Shown one piece after another: positions 8,953 to 18,841 of a stretch of DNA of 64,000 nucleotides. The notes under the pieces were generated by a model that made no database searches, was not told the DNA's origin, and worked only from the letters and a program-made list of their open reading frames with translations. The stretch comes from a virus. The position numbers were made by a program, and so were the translations under genes. The stretch is taken from positions 108,410-172,409 of the IMG/VR virus record IMGVR_UViG_3300006916_000041; one strand, 5' to 3'. Position 1 is the first letter of the stretch. Each line of letters opens with the position of its first letter.

Positions 8953-10067
8953 AATTCTTCTCTACTATTTTTGTTTAGTTCAGAGCAAATTTTATCCATA
9001 GTAGCACCATTAAATGAAGTAACACAATGGTCACTACCATACCCAGCAATGTCAGGATTATATTCTGCTATTGTATTGAAAAAATCTAGTGCGCCTCGAT
9101 AACTTTGTTGACTGCTTCTGAGGATATTAGCTGGTAGTCGTTTTAAAGCACCGTTCCACCAAAAAGCACCTTTGCCTGTTAAGTCTAAACCAGCAAGGGT
9201 GTTGCGTAACATTTGATTATCGCCAAAATTACACACATTATAAGTATGTTGACACTGTTGATATCTGTGCCAATGTTCTGACCATTTATCACCAAAAGTA
9301 TCTTGTACATGTTGCCAAACATTTTTAGTTGCAGGACTAAAACTACGAAGTTTATGTATTCCGTTATATACTTCTAATAGTTCAAACTTCTCATACAAAT
9401 GATCTATCCAAGCATAAAAATTGTTTCCATCCCAATTTTCGATTGTGTACTTTCTTACTCGTAAACTCATAGGACTTACATCCAAGTGATGCACATTGGT
9501 ATTGTTGTCAAACGAGCTTAAATTTAACACATAATTTATATAGAATCCACTGCTCACAGTCATTACAAAATCTAGATGTTCGTGTGTTGGTTTTGGCCTG
9601 GGTATTTCATTATGAATTACGTAAGATATATTGCTATTTGCAACAACTGAATTCATAACGCTAGTATGAGTTGCCGAAAAACTATCATCAGTGCTTGGGT
9701 CTACACACGGAAAAGACACAGGCATTTCTAGTTTCCAGTCACTTTCTCCACGAGAATTATACACAGTCACATTATCATGAAGTTTAACTACACCAACGTT
9801 TGTACTTAAAACTTTTGTTCTTAAATTGCCTTCCCAATTTGCAGACCAACGATTATAATCAAAAATAACACCAGGCTTTAACTGTACTGTAACTTCGTAT
9901 TTGCTTAAATCCACTTTTGATATATCGTCTGTAATGATAAATTCATGTCCTCGGTCTTGTTCAAATCTATCAGCCATACAATAATCGTAATTTAATTGTG
10001 TATAGTTTTTGGCTACTTGATATCTCCAAGTATCAGTACCATTGTCTAATAATACTATTGCTATCAT
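8934..10067 (-). CDS. Hypothetical protein, paralog of 21448..22719
   Basis: 377 aa; VSSG...D...ENWDGNNF shared with 21448..22719. Confidence 0.75.
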   Translation of the reverse strand: MIAIVLLDNGTDTWRYQVAKNYTQLNYDYCMADRFEQDRGHEFIITDDISKVDLSKYEVTVQLKPGVIFDYNRWSANWEGNLRTKVLSTNVGVVKLHDNVTVYNSRGESDWKLEMPVSFPCVDPSTDDSFSATHTSVMNSVVANSNISYVIHNEIPRPKPTHEHLDFVMTVSSGFYINYVLNLSSFDNNTNVHHLDVSPMSLRVRKYTIENWDGNNFYAWIDHLYEKFELLEVYNGIHKLRSFSPATKNVWQHVQDTFGDKWSEHWHRYQQCQHTYNVCNFGDNQMLRNTLAGLDLTGKGAFWWNGALKRLPANILRSSQQSYRGALDFFNTIAEYNPDIAGYGSDHCVTSFNGATMDKICSELNKNSREELWKKLT

Positions 10068-10780
10068 GTTAACCTCGGTTCAATATCTTCAAAATTATAG
10101 TATGCAAACTGTGTATCAAATGTTACATCTCTACTAGGATCCTTTTTGTAGAAAAAGTATCCTTCTAAACTCTTAATCCACTTATTGTTTTCGTCTGTTA
10201 TATTCCAGAACTCTCTCCAGTGTCTACTGGTCGCTGTATGTACGTGCAAGTCTTTTTTAAATATCCATTGTCTACAGTCTCGAAGTTCCTGTTTTATCAT
10301 TCGTTTTGCTGTCTCTTCGTCTTTGTAGTATGAATGATAGGTAGGATATGTAATATCAAAGCCGCCAGCACCAAACCATCCAGTGTAACACTGTTGTAAT
10401 GGTCTAAACACTACGATAATTTTACTGGTTGGAAAGGTTTCTGTAATCCAGTCTAATCGATTACTAATACAATGACTTTTAACAATACGGTATTGATCAT
10501 AATGAGGTTCAAACCAAGCACGATCTATCTCGTCTAGTATTTCTTGTTTGCTGCAACAACTTATATCATCCCAATAATTTCCAAATTCAAATCCCGGACC
10601 AAAGTAACTGCCCAAATGACTAGCACTGTTGAACTTTTCAGGGTGTATGTATTCACGTTCAGGACTTCTGTCATGTGTATTAATTTTTATTTTAGGAGTC
10701 ATACTAAGAACATTAGCTACTGCACTCCATTTACTTCCAGGTGCACCTGTAAGAAATATCAACTTACTTTCGTCGATCAT
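10064..10780 (-). CDS. Sulfotransferase-like/P-loop fold protein
   Basis: LIFLTGAPGSKWS N-terminal loop, IVKSH, KIIVVFRP. Confidence 0.5.
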   Translation of the reverse strand: MIDESKLIFLTGAPGSKWSAVANVLSMTPKIKINTHDRSPEREYIHPEKFNSASHLGSYFGPGFEFGNYWDDISCCSKQEILDEIDRAWFEPHYDQYRIVKSHCISNRLDWITETFPTSKIIVVFRPLQQCYTGWFGAGGFDITYPTYHSYYKDEETAKRMIKQELRDCRQWIFKKDLHVHTATSRHWREFWNITDENNKWIKSLEGYFFYKKDPSRDVTFDTQFAYYNFEDIEPRLT

Positions 10781-11570
10781 CCAAATCTCCTATAAAATTT
10801 TTCATTAAATTGTAATCTTTTTTTGTAACAGTTAAAACTCTACTGTCATTGATACAACGTCTCTTTTCCATGTTATTCGAGATACGTTCTTTTGTGTATT
10901 TAACAAAGTCTCCGGTGTTACGATTTTCCCAAACATCTTGAACTGTGAAATTTTTACCTAATTTGTCTGCTAGTTCTTGCAAAAATTGACCATGTTTTGT
11001 TTGTTCACCGTTCATCCATTGATGTTTTAAATATCCTGGAAACTTTGCACTGGTATTCATATAGCGTTCAACAGTACTTGCAACATCACTAACAATGTTT
11101 ATTATTTTACTGTTAGGAAATATTTCTAATAACTCCATTGGTAAACTGTGACTGCAAAACAACAAGTAACAGTCAAACGATTGTGCACCAGATAGCAAGT
11201 ATTGAGGAGCAAAATGTTTGGTATAATATTCGTGCCAACAAGGTACAAAATCTTTTACATAATCATGTGTAGGTGGTAGCATTACCCCGTTAGGCATAAC
11301 ACGATTGAAATGGCGTCTAGACACCTTGCGTTCTCGAATACTTGTGTGTGATATATTCCACGGATGTACACCGTTATCGCTGTTACTGTACCAATGCACT
11401 TGCGGTAATGTACACAAAACTCTACCCACGGTGTGACCAAATGCACCTGGCTCAAAACTCACAAACAAATAATTTGTACGTTCAAATACGTCCGAGAAAG
11501 TAGTACATTTCGTTTTTTTGTTCAACAATATCTCCTGTTGCAAACCAATCATCATACACACATATGTCAC
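10764..11570 (-). CDS. Hypothetical protein, possible sulfotransferase-like fold (start uncertain)
   Basis: FVSFEPGAFGH N-terminal loop, CSH, FPNSKIINI. Confidence 0.5.
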   Translation of the reverse strand: MTYVCMMIGLQQEILLNKKTKCTTFSDVFERTNYLFVSFEPGAFGHTVGRVLCTLPQVHWYSNSDNGVHPWNISHTSIRERKVSRRHFNRVMPNGVMLPPTHDYVKDFVPCWHEYYTKHFAPQYLLSGAQSFDCYLLFCSHSLPMELLEIFPNSKIINIVSDVASTVERYMNTSAKFPGYLKHQWMNGEQTKHGQFLQELADKLGKNFTVQDVWENRNTGDFVKYTKERISNNMEKRRCINDSRVLTVTKKDYNLMKNFIGDLDDRRK

Positions 11571-12165
11571 CTTTAACCCACAACTGTTTTGCTTCGATAG
11601 TTGTTTCGCACCAAGCAGTATCTCCCATAACAGTTTCGGTGAAGTTTACATGCATGCCAGGTTTAAAGGTTTTGTTAATAGCACAAGGACCTATCTCTGT
11701 CATTCCCCAATTGACAATAAATGTACAACCTTGATCAATAAAATTTTGTATTATTTTACTATCTACTCTGTCGCTACCACACATAACTGTGATGCCATTC
11801 AAATTTAATTTTTGAAAACTTTTTGTTTTAATTACAGCTCTGGCCATATCTGGTGTTAAATGACTGTGTGTATAATCTTGTATTTGTCTAGTCCAAGCAT
11901 ATGCGTTGAAAGGTTGTATTTCAATGTGTGCATCAACTTCATGTGCTGGCAGTGTTTGTGCTAGTAATCCTCCTGCATGTTTTAGTGTACACACTGTGAG
12001 TACTCTACTATTTTTATCGATTTGCTGGCATTCTCGAGCCGCACTGTTTGCAGCCCGAAGTTTTTCAACACTTTGCCAAATACGTTTAGGTTCGCCAGTT
12101 GTACCACTGGTTTGTAAAAAACAACCTTCAGTTAGTGTCTTTTTTAAAGTTTTTTTCAGTTCCAT
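11482..12165 (-). CDS. Short ANL-superfamily adenylate-forming (AMP-binding) enzyme
   Basis: QTSGTTGEPK, HAGG, NWGMTE, WFATGD, LGR; ends right after this last motif. Confidence 0.8.
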   Translation of the reverse strand: MELKKTLKKTLTEGCFLQTSGTTGEPKRIWQSVEKLRAANSAARECQQIDKNSRVLTVCTLKHAGGLLAQTLPAHEVDAHIEIQPFNAYAWTRQIQDYTHSHLTPDMARAVIKTKSFQKLNLNGITVMCGSDRVDSKIIQNFIDQGCTFIVNWGMTEIGPCAINKTFKPGMHVNFTETVMGDTAWCETTIEAKQLWVKGDICVYDDWFATGDIVEQKNEMYYFLGRI

Positions 12166-12343
12166 CTGTAATCTTTTTTGCTAGTCTATACGGTGTAAAT
12201 GCAAACACCCAAGGTACAAATGCATGTATAGTGCCAGTTATAAAAACCAACAATGCTAAAAAATTATAATACATTGCATAACCCAAGTGACGAAAATAGC
12301 CACTACGAGCCTTTTTTAAATGTTTAAGGTCAAAATCCATCAT
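12128..12343 (-). CDS. Small membrane protein, DUF6356-like
   Basis: HL-x6-YFRH...IHAFVPWVF pattern, one hydrophobic segment. Confidence 0.55.
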   Translation of the reverse strand: MMDFDLKHLKKARSGYFRHLGYAMYYNFLALLVFITGTIHAFVPWVFAFTPYRLAKKITDGTEKNFKKDTN

Positions 12344-12858
12344 AAAATCCTTTTTCTTATTTCAAAATATCTGTCTACGTTCAATCTCCATATACTTTGC
12401 CAAGTGTGAAATATTTCTGCATCGCCCATATATTCCACCATACCTCCTTTAGCCATTACACTAAAACTACGATGTATTCGATTCATTCTTCCACTGGCAT
12501 CATTACTTACATTAGTAGTTATATATAATGCATGCCCGCCAGCAAACTCTATTTGTTTAGGTAACTGTTCACTGATACAATAACTTTGCATTTGGTATCT
12601 AGTAAGACTATTTATAGGGCGAGTTTCTAACTGTGCTCCTCTGAACAAACCACGATATCCATCTTCAAACTTGTGTATGCCACTTATACTAACTAGTTTA
12701 TCGTTAACACTTGTGCCATACCAAGCACCATTTTCTAAACACCAGTCCCATTTCATTGCTTTAAGACTGCTATTATTTTTAAATCCACGATTTTCACATT
12801 CGCTTATATAATCCATAACACTGTCGTCAGGTGTATAAAGTCTTTTAGTCTGGATCAT
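12340..12858 (-). CDS. Hypothetical protein, possible GNAT fold
   Basis: 172 aa; KLVSISG...YRGLFRG...LYITTN pattern resembles an acyltransferase strand order. Confidence 0.45.
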   Translation of the reverse strand: MIQTKRLYTPDDSVMDYISECENRGFKNNSSLKAMKWDWCLENGAWYGTSVNDKLVSISGIHKFEDGYRGLFRGAQLETRPINSLTRYQMQSYCISEQLPKQIEFAGGHALYITTNVSNDASGRMNRIHRSFSVMAKGGMVEYMGDAEIFHTWQSIWRLNVDRYFEIRKRIL

Positions 12859-13669
12859 AGTCTGTCAAGTCCATTGTTTGCATCATGCTGTCTTCTAATG
12901 AATCAGTTAGCTGATCGAAAAAGTTTTCGCGATAAAGATCTACTGAGTTATCTTTCAGTAACTGATAATTAGCATCTGCATAATTTTTAAAACTGATTTT
13001 ATCTAATTCGATGTTTAAGTATTCCTCTAACTTGGCTGTATTTGCATTATATACTAAATCTGCAATATCAAAATAAGTATATCCTTCTTCCTTTTTGAAC
13101 GACAGATTGCACTGTTGTTCGTAAATTTTAAAATAGCCTTTAATATATTCTCTGAGATTAAACTGACTATTGACCATAATATTATTATAATAACATAGAT
13201 ACTTCCATTTATGAAACTTTGTTATTAATTCCGTGCGAACAGGTTCTGGCGTGTCTTTGAGTTGTTGTAATCTTTCTTTATGAGGTTCTTCAAGTATCGA
13301 GTGACTTTTATAAATCCACATAGCATAACTTAGCTTTATAATGTCTGTATTTTTGGTGTACAATCTTACTAAATTAACATCATCATTGTTAAATTCGTTA
13401 AAGTGATAAGCAGGTCTGAAGCGATGTGTAGGCAGAACCAAGTCTTTATAATTATAAAATTTGTTTAATTTATCTACTACCTCTTTTGTAATATTATTTT
13501 TTGTAACTTTAACTTCCCAGCCAAAAATATCTTTAGTCAAGCAAGGCAGTTCGTATCTGTTAACACCATTGGGCTGTAACTTGATTTTATAATAACTTTC
13601 ATTTTTGTGTATCTGAGTGGCAACAAAATCGCCACTACAGCCTTGCGGATAACTCAATATTGTAATCAT
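12845..13669 (-). CDS. Hypothetical protein, possible sulfotransferase-like fold
   Basis: ILSYPQGCSGDF loop resembling 10764..11570; LPTH. Confidence 0.5.
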   Translation of the reverse strand: MITILSYPQGCSGDFVATQIHKNESYYKIKLQPNGVNRYELPCLTKDIFGWEVKVTKNNITKEVVDKLNKFYNYKDLVLPTHRFRPAYHFNEFNNDDVNLVRLYTKNTDIIKLSYAMWIYKSHSILEEPHKERLQQLKDTPEPVRTELITKFHKWKYLCYYNNIMVNSQFNLREYIKGYFKIYEQQCNLSFKKEEGYTYFDIADLVYNANTAKLEEYLNIELDKISFKNYADANYQLLKDNSVDLYRENFFDQLTDSLEDSMMQTMDLTDYDPD

Positions 13670-13670
13670 C

Positions 13671-13678
13671 TATAAATA
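13671..13678 (+). promoter_or_regulatory. T4-type late promoter TATAAATA, 5 nt before ATG
   Basis: TATAAATA-cctgt-ATG; no room for a Shine-Dalgarno. Confidence 0.6.
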
Positions 13679-13683
13679 CCTGT

Positions 13684-14244
13684 ATGAAAAAATCTTTACT
13701 GTTTAGTGGCGGTGTCGAAAGTACTTTACTATACTACGAATTACTAAAAAATGCAAGTGAAAACAATAGTCTAAATATATTTATTCTTGACAGAGACAAT
13801 AAGCCAATACAAAAAGCATTATCAGTTTACAACCTTATTAAAGATTCATTTGATGATACCGCAAGTACGTGTAATATTTTAGAAGTGCCTGAGGGACTTA
13901 ATAATACAAAACGAATGATGTGGGCAGTAAACGAACTAAGTACGTTATCGGATGAAATTTATTGGGGTATAAATGCATACTTTGATCACATAAAACCCAA
14001 TCAGCAAATTTTTAAAAATGTTGATGAAAAAATAAAAAGATATCCGCAACTTCGATTTCCTTATCTTAATTACACAAAAGATAAAATAATAGAAAAGTAT
14101 ATTAAATATAACATAGAATGGATACTTGAACATACGCATAGTTGTGGTTTACCCGAAAACCAACCGTGTGGTAATTGTTTTAACTGCCGAGAACGTGAAT
14201 ATGCTTATCAATTACAAGGTCTAGATTTACATAGAGGAATATAA
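13684..14244 (+). CDS. queC: Second QueC-like PP-loop protein
   Basis: FSGGVES, FPYLNYTK, HSC-x7-CGNCFNC. Confidence 0.55.
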   Translation: MKKSLLFSGGVESTLLYYELLKNASENNSLNIFILDRDNKPIQKALSVYNLIKDSFDDTASTCNILEVPEGLNNTKRMMWAVNELSTLSDEIYWGINAYFDHIKPNQQIFKNVDEKIKRYPQLRFPYLNYTKDKIIEKYIKYNIEWILEHTHSCGLPENQPCGNCFNCREREYAYQLQGLDLHRGI

Positions 14245-14774
14245 TGCTAGTACAAAATATAGGAAAATATCCAAGATATAACGAACTAAAAACTTTTGTT
14301 ATGGACTTTTATAACGAGTATGATTTACACAATAGTGGACAATATGCTCTTCAAGGAAAAGATAAACACGACGGGCAATTCTGTTGTTTACGTCAAAAGT
14401 TCGGCGGAACGTTCACAGGACATGATGATCGTACACACAGCACCCTACTAGAAATATTCGAAGGTACTGAAATTGAAACGCTGTTTAACTGGTTAAGTGA
14501 TTATACTGTTTGCAGAAGTCGGATATTTGTACTAGGACAAGGAAATAAAAGTGAGTACGGTATCCACACAGATCCAACAAAAAGATTACATGTACCTATC
14601 GTAACCAATGAAAGCTGTGGATTTAATTTTTATGATGAGAATAAAAGTTTAGTTCATACTGATTTTTTATCAGCAGACGGAAGTGTGTATATTGTAGATA
14701 CTACTGTGTTTCATAATACACAGAATACCAACAACGAAGATCGTATTCATGTTGTGTGTAGTTACTATGATTAA
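14244..14774 (+). CDS. 2OG-Fe(II) oxygenase, aspartyl/asparaginyl beta-hydroxylase-like
   Basis: HTD...RLHVPIVTN...DTTVFHNTQN...DRIHVV. Confidence 0.75.
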   Translation: MLVQNIGKYPRYNELKTFVMDFYNEYDLHNSGQYALQGKDKHDGQFCCLRQKFGGTFTGHDDRTHSTLLEIFEGTEIETLFNWLSDYTVCRSRIFVLGQGNKSEYGIHTDPTKRLHVPIVTNESCGFNFYDENKSLVHTDFLSADGSVYIVDTTVFHNTQNTNNEDRIHVVCSYYD

Positions 14775-15721
14775 GGCTTAATTTTTTTAGTTGCTATTTC
14801 AGGTACACAAGCACATTTGTTAGCAATACACGGAGCAGGGTTATCCATTAGTGCAAAGTCTGGATCTCTGATATCACCAATTGGTTTATTAATTTCTCCC
14901 CAACAACGATATACTTTGTTTTCATGAATACGTATAAAATTAACGCCTGCCCAACATGTCCAGCCTTTAAAACTTAAATAAGGATTTGCTTTTGGAGCAA
15001 GTCCGTTAAGTTCATTTGCATGTAGTGCAATTGTTTTATCACCTGCAGTAACTTCTAACTGTTTACCGCCGCCAGAAGATATCTGATATTCTCTAATAGT
15101 GTCAAGCTGATCAGATGAATACTTCATTGCTGTTTGAACAGGGTATTTGTGATTTTTTGTTGGTCGTATTCTGCGGATTGTATATGGTATATTATTTGCT
15201 TTGTAATACTCTATTGATTCGATAACACTGTCTTCGTGTTGTGCATGATACATAACTTGTACTTGCATACCTTTTTTGCCACGATGTTCATTTATAAATT
15301 TCATTTTAGGCAAAAATATTTCGTTTTTTGCATGTTCAAAATGTTGACTAAATGTTATATCGCTAAACGACGGATAGATGTCAATGTAATATTGTGCTGT
15401 TCTGGAACCATTGGTAGTTAGATCAACAGGCAAATTTTTATCTGACAGAAACTTGCAAAGTATTTCAAACTCAGGATGTACTGTAGGTTCACCACCTGTA
15501 AAGTTTATTTTTAATTTATTACCAAACTTTTCAATCATCTTACTGATAGTATCAATGGTATACTTGATATCAGTGTGCGGACTAAAGTTGTCATGATTCA
15601 TGTCATGACAATAACTGCAATCATAATTACACCTTTTACCAACAAACCATTCAACATGCAACTCTTGATTACACACGTCAGGAAATCTTTTTACTTGCGT
15701 TATTTCTTCTAACTTTATCAT
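14771..15721 (-). CDS. Radical SAM protein with C-terminal Cys cluster
   Basis: CNYDCSYC, TGGEP, TTNG; C-terminal CWAG...RC...PC...CAC. Confidence 0.9.
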   Translation of the reverse strand: MIKLEEITQVKRFPDVCNQELHVEWFVGKRCNYDCSYCHDMNHDNFSPHTDIKYTIDTISKMIEKFGNKLKINFTGGEPTVHPEFEILCKFLSDKNLPVDLTTNGSRTAQYYIDIYPSFSDITFSQHFEHAKNEIFLPKMKFINEHRGKKGMQVQVMYHAQHEDSVIESIEYYKANNIPYTIRRIRPTKNHKYPVQTAMKYSSDQLDTIREYQISSGGGKQLEVTAGDKTIALHANELNGLAPKANPYLSFKGWTCWAGVNFIRIHENKVYRCWGEINKPIGDIRDPDFALMDNPAPCIANKCACVPEIATKKIKP

Positions 15722-15747
15722 TGAATTATTGTGTGCAGTTACTATGA

Positions 15748-16386
15748 TTAAACTCTAACTACTTTTAAAGGAACTTTTTTATGAGCTTCTACTTTTTCTC
15801 CTGTGAAGTGCTCTTCTCTGCGGTTTCTTGTATCATCTTTGATTCCGATACCCATCATTAAAATAGCATCTTCATCGTCTTGTAAATTTAAAATTTCCTT
15901 AACAGCTTCACCGTCAAAACATTTATTACATCCACAACGATAACCTAGCATACTTGCTGTGAGATTTGAAAATCCTGCAGCCACCCCAATTGCTTGATGC
16001 ATGTCCACATGTAAATTATAAAGACTTTCTTCATCCCATGCTCTAGTTTCATTGTTTCTGTAACTTTGATTTGTACTTACTACATCTGGATTTTTAACAA
16101 ATACCAATAGTAATTGACCTAGTACCTGCGGATTAAACCTTCCCTTTACAGTCTTAGTAGTTTGATAAATTCTTTCAATTGTAGATCTATCTTGTACAGC
16201 ATATACACTAAAAAAGTCTAGATTTTGTTTACTGGGTGCTTGTGTTGCTGCATGAATTAATAGTTCTACATCAGCCTCTGGCATTGTTTGTTCTAAATCA
16301 TAATTACGCTGACAGTGTTGTCCAACCAAGTGACTTTTTTTTAGTTTAGTCCTTAAACTATCTTTTTGGATTATAAGTTCTGTCAT
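15748..16386 (-). CDS. Nitroreductase-family flavoprotein
   Basis: HCQRNY, QAPSKQN, AIGVAAG, LGYRCGC, MMGIG. Confidence 0.75.
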   Translation of the reverse strand: MTELIIQKDSLRTKLKKSHLVGQHCQRNYDLEQTMPEADVELLIHAATQAPSKQNLDFFSVYAVQDRSTIERIYQTTKTVKGRFNPQVLGQLLLVFVKNPDVVSTNQSYRNNETRAWDEESLYNLHVDMHQAIGVAAGFSNLTASMLGYRCGCNKCFDGEAVKEILNLQDDEDAILMMGIGIKDDTRNRREEHFTGEKVEAHKKVPLKVVRV

Positions 16387-16410
16387 ATTCTCTCTCACGT
16401 TTTATGTTAA

Positions 16411-16418
16411 TATTTATA
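16411..16418 (-). promoter_or_regulatory. Late promoter TATAAATA
   Basis: Exact TATAAATA on the minus strand upstream of the nitroreductase gene. Confidence 0.55.
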
Positions 16419-16422
16419 TATT

Positions 16423-17544
16423 TTATTTTTTTCTCTTGGGTATCTTACTATCAGCACTTGACACACATGCAGGTGTTGTGCAAATACGAGGTCCATCAAA
16501 TAATTTAAATCCTGTTTCAATATTACCTAGTGGAACATCATGACAACTGTAGCTACGCTTGATACTACCATCAGGTTCGCGTATAATAATTCCCTGAAAC
16601 CCACTGTTGCACATCCAACCTTCAAAGTTATTAAAGTTAAAAGCATTAAAACGTTCTGCCTGATCCATGTACCATTTTTTGCCATCACTGTCAGTGAACT
16701 CTACTTGCATGTGCCAGGGCACACTTTTATCGTTTTCACCTATTGCATAAGGCGGCAGTTCGAAACTAGGCCTTGGACGAGCTGCCCATTTACGCTTTGA
16801 CTCTGTATATGCCATTTGCGGCATACCGTTCCACAATCGCTGTAGCATTTCTTGTGTATAACCGTCCACGACTCTTGACGCCGTGGGGTCAGATTGGGGT
16901 TTGAGGGTAACGTTGATTCCTTGCTCGTGGAAGAAAAGAGCATTTTCCCAATCTCTTTCAAACCAGTCTGGAACCATGACCATGTTGATTGTAATTTGTA
17001 CATCGTGTTCTTGACAGAGAATCAACTTGTCTGCAAAGTCTTGCATTTTCTCTCGTGTATTTAAGTGTTCTGTGTGCAAACTAGCCGTTATACTTGCTCT
17101 ATGAAATGGTTTTGCACATTCTACATAATTTTCAAACCACTTCATGTTGCGGCTACAGTTTGATGTCATATGAATACTAGTATAATTAGTGTTAGGAACA
17201 TCACTGGCAAGATGCTCCAAAATATCCAAGTAACCAGGGTGGAAAGTAGGTTCTCCGCCACTGAGACTAAAGTGGAAACTATTAAATCCGTTCTCACGAG
17301 CTTGCCTCTTTATTTCGTCTACTGTTTTGAGACATAGTTCTGTAGGTCTATGATCTTTTCTGTCGCTTCTTGCGTAGGGCCAGCAATAACTACATTTGTA
17401 GTTGCAGAAGCGTCCCAGTAGCCAACTGACAGTAAACAAGTCTCTATATAAGAGTGTCCGTTGTCCAACTTGAACAATGTCATCATACGGGATTTTGGTA
17501 AAGTCATATTCACTCCATTTTAGATCTTCACTGGATTGTGCCAT
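16423..17544 (-). CDS. Radical SAM protein (same class as 14771..15721)
   Basis: CNYKCSYC, SGGEP; C-terminal CNSG...SC...C...C. Confidence 0.9.
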   Translation of the reverse strand: MAQSSEDLKWSEYDFTKIPYDDIVQVGQRTLLYRDLFTVSWLLGRFCNYKCSYCWPYARSDRKDHRPTELCLKTVDEIKRQARENGFNSFHFSLSGGEPTFHPGYLDILEHLASDVPNTNYTSIHMTSNCSRNMKWFENYVECAKPFHRASITASLHTEHLNTREKMQDFADKLILCQEHDVQITINMVMVPDWFERDWENALFFHEQGINVTLKPQSDPTASRVVDGYTQEMLQRLWNGMPQMAYTESKRKWAARPRPSFELPPYAIGENDKSVPWHMQVEFTDSDGKKWYMDQAERFNAFNFNNFEGWMCNSGFQGIIIREPDGSIKRSYSCHDVPLGNIETGFKLFDGPRICTTPACVSSADSKIPKRKK

Positions 17545-17683
17545 CTAATCTCATCTCCAAGTATTTAATTACCTGTTCTAACATTGTTTTCATTTCAGGA
17601 TCCAGTGTCTCTTCATACATGTTACGACACTCTTCTAGTTCTAGTTCGAATAGTTTTTCAACACTCCAAACTTTATATTCCAT
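17528..17683 (-). CDS. Small acidic hypothetical protein
   Basis: 51 aa from ATG 17683, fills the gap and overlaps both neighbours. Confidence 0.6.
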   Translation of the reverse strand: MEYKVWSVEKLFELELEECRNMYEETLDPEMKTMLEQVIKYLEMRLDGTIQ

Positions 17684-18230
17684 TGTACACTTCCAAAAAC
17701 TCATCAGCACCATCAGCTACATTTTTAGCCCATTCATCAGCAGCATTTTCATCTGCCATGTCACTGATATATTTCCAACTTCTAAATGGTATACCATATT
17801 GTTTTGCAACATATGCCAGTGCCCATCCTTCCATGTCTACACAGTCTATATCAGCTCTAACAAACCACGGATCTGGCTCCGTTACAAAACTGTCACCCGT
17901 ACCACAGCGTACTTGCATAGTAGGTGCTGCTGTTTTTATATCTCCCACAGTGGGTTCACTGAACGGAATAGTACCTCTAGGTGCCTGAGGTTCAGCTTGC
18001 ATGTCACGCTGTACAAAGGTTCCTATTTCAGTCATTCCTTTTACCAGTGGATGAAGTCCTCCTGCTGTACCATAGTTTACAATCAAGTCTGGCTTGGTAC
18101 TTTTACATAGTGCTTGTGCTAGTGCAGTTGCAGCTTGAACTTTGCCCACACCTGTATAAATCACAGGACTAGCATGTGGTAATTTATTGTGCGGTAATTC
18201 CGCTTCCAGTGCTACACATAGTAATATCAT
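17673..18230 (-). CDS. mtnN: 5'-methylthioadenosine/S-adenosylhomocysteine nucleosidase (PNP/UDP phosphorylase fold)
   Basis: ALEAE, TGVGKVQAA, VNYGTAGG, TGDSFV, VDMEG, KYISDMAD. Confidence 0.85.
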   Translation of the reverse strand: MILLCVALEAELPHNKLPHASPVIYTGVGKVQAATALAQALCKSTKPDLIVNYGTAGGLHPLVKGMTEIGTFVQRDMQAEPQAPRGTIPFSEPTVGDIKTAAPTMQVRCGTGDSFVTEPDPWFVRADIDCVDMEGWALAYVAKQYGIPFRSWKYISDMADENAADEWAKNVADGADEFLEVYNGI

Positions 18231-18796
18231 AGTTCATCCCTATACCACATAGAATCCTGCATGGGATCTATGCTTATTTCGTTTATATTAACATACTTTG
18301 GTTGATCTATCAACCACTTTATATAACCAGCAGCTTGATCTATATCCATGCAACGACGATCAGGATGCTTGTGCTGATTGTTGCTGAGTGTTCCAAAACT
18401 AATATAACTTATTTTTGGTTTGTTGCCCCACACACCACCAATAGCAAGTGTATTTGAATAATCACGCAGTGCTTTCTTTTCTGCATTGTAAAGCCATGCT
18501 TTGCCGTTCTTGACTCTGTCCGTGGTGCTACCTACAACTACTATATGTGCTTGTTTTTTGGCGTCTACAAGTGCCTTGTATACTGCATCTAGTAGCACAG
18601 TTTGTTGAAACTGCCATAGTGCAGCATTGACTATGATTACGTCACACAGAACAGCTAATTGTGCAAACTCTTGTCTACCTTGCTTGTTAGTGAGTTCATA
18701 TTCATTTCGACGGCTACAAAATGTTGCATCTGGATACATTTTATGCAATGCTTGCGCTAGTCCAAAGTTTGGATTTCCGCTTATTAATATTTTCAT
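18227..18796 (-). CDS. Short-chain dehydrogenase/reductase
   Basis: ILISG-x3-GLA Rossmann start, VNAA, VGS, YNAEK (YxxxK). Confidence 0.75.
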   Translation of the reverse strand: MKILISGNPNFGLAQALHKMYPDATFCSRRNEYELTNKQGRQEFAQLAVLCDVIIVNAALWQFQQTVLLDAVYKALVDAKKQAHIVVVGSTTDRVKNGKAWLYNAEKKALRDYSNTLAIGGVWGNKPKISYISFGTLSNNQHKHPDRRCMDIDQAAGYIKWLIDQPKYVNINEISIDPMQDSMWYRDEL

Positions 18797-18801
18797 AATG
18801 A

Positions 18802-18821
18802 TATTTATTTTTTAATAAATA
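18802..18821. promoter_or_regulatory. Back-to-back divergent late promoters (AATAAATA on each strand)
   Basis: TATTTATT 18802-18809 (- strand, 5 nt before the SDR ATG) and AATAAATA 18814-18821 (+ strand). Confidence 0.55.
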
Positions 18822-18841
18822 CACATAGAAGGAGAACAAAA

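Noticed and set aside
8353-14244. 7-deazaguanine DNA-modification system
   Set aside because: No folE, queD or dpdA/tgt in the window, and no radical SAM shows the longer QueE-type spacing; cannot be excluded genome-wide
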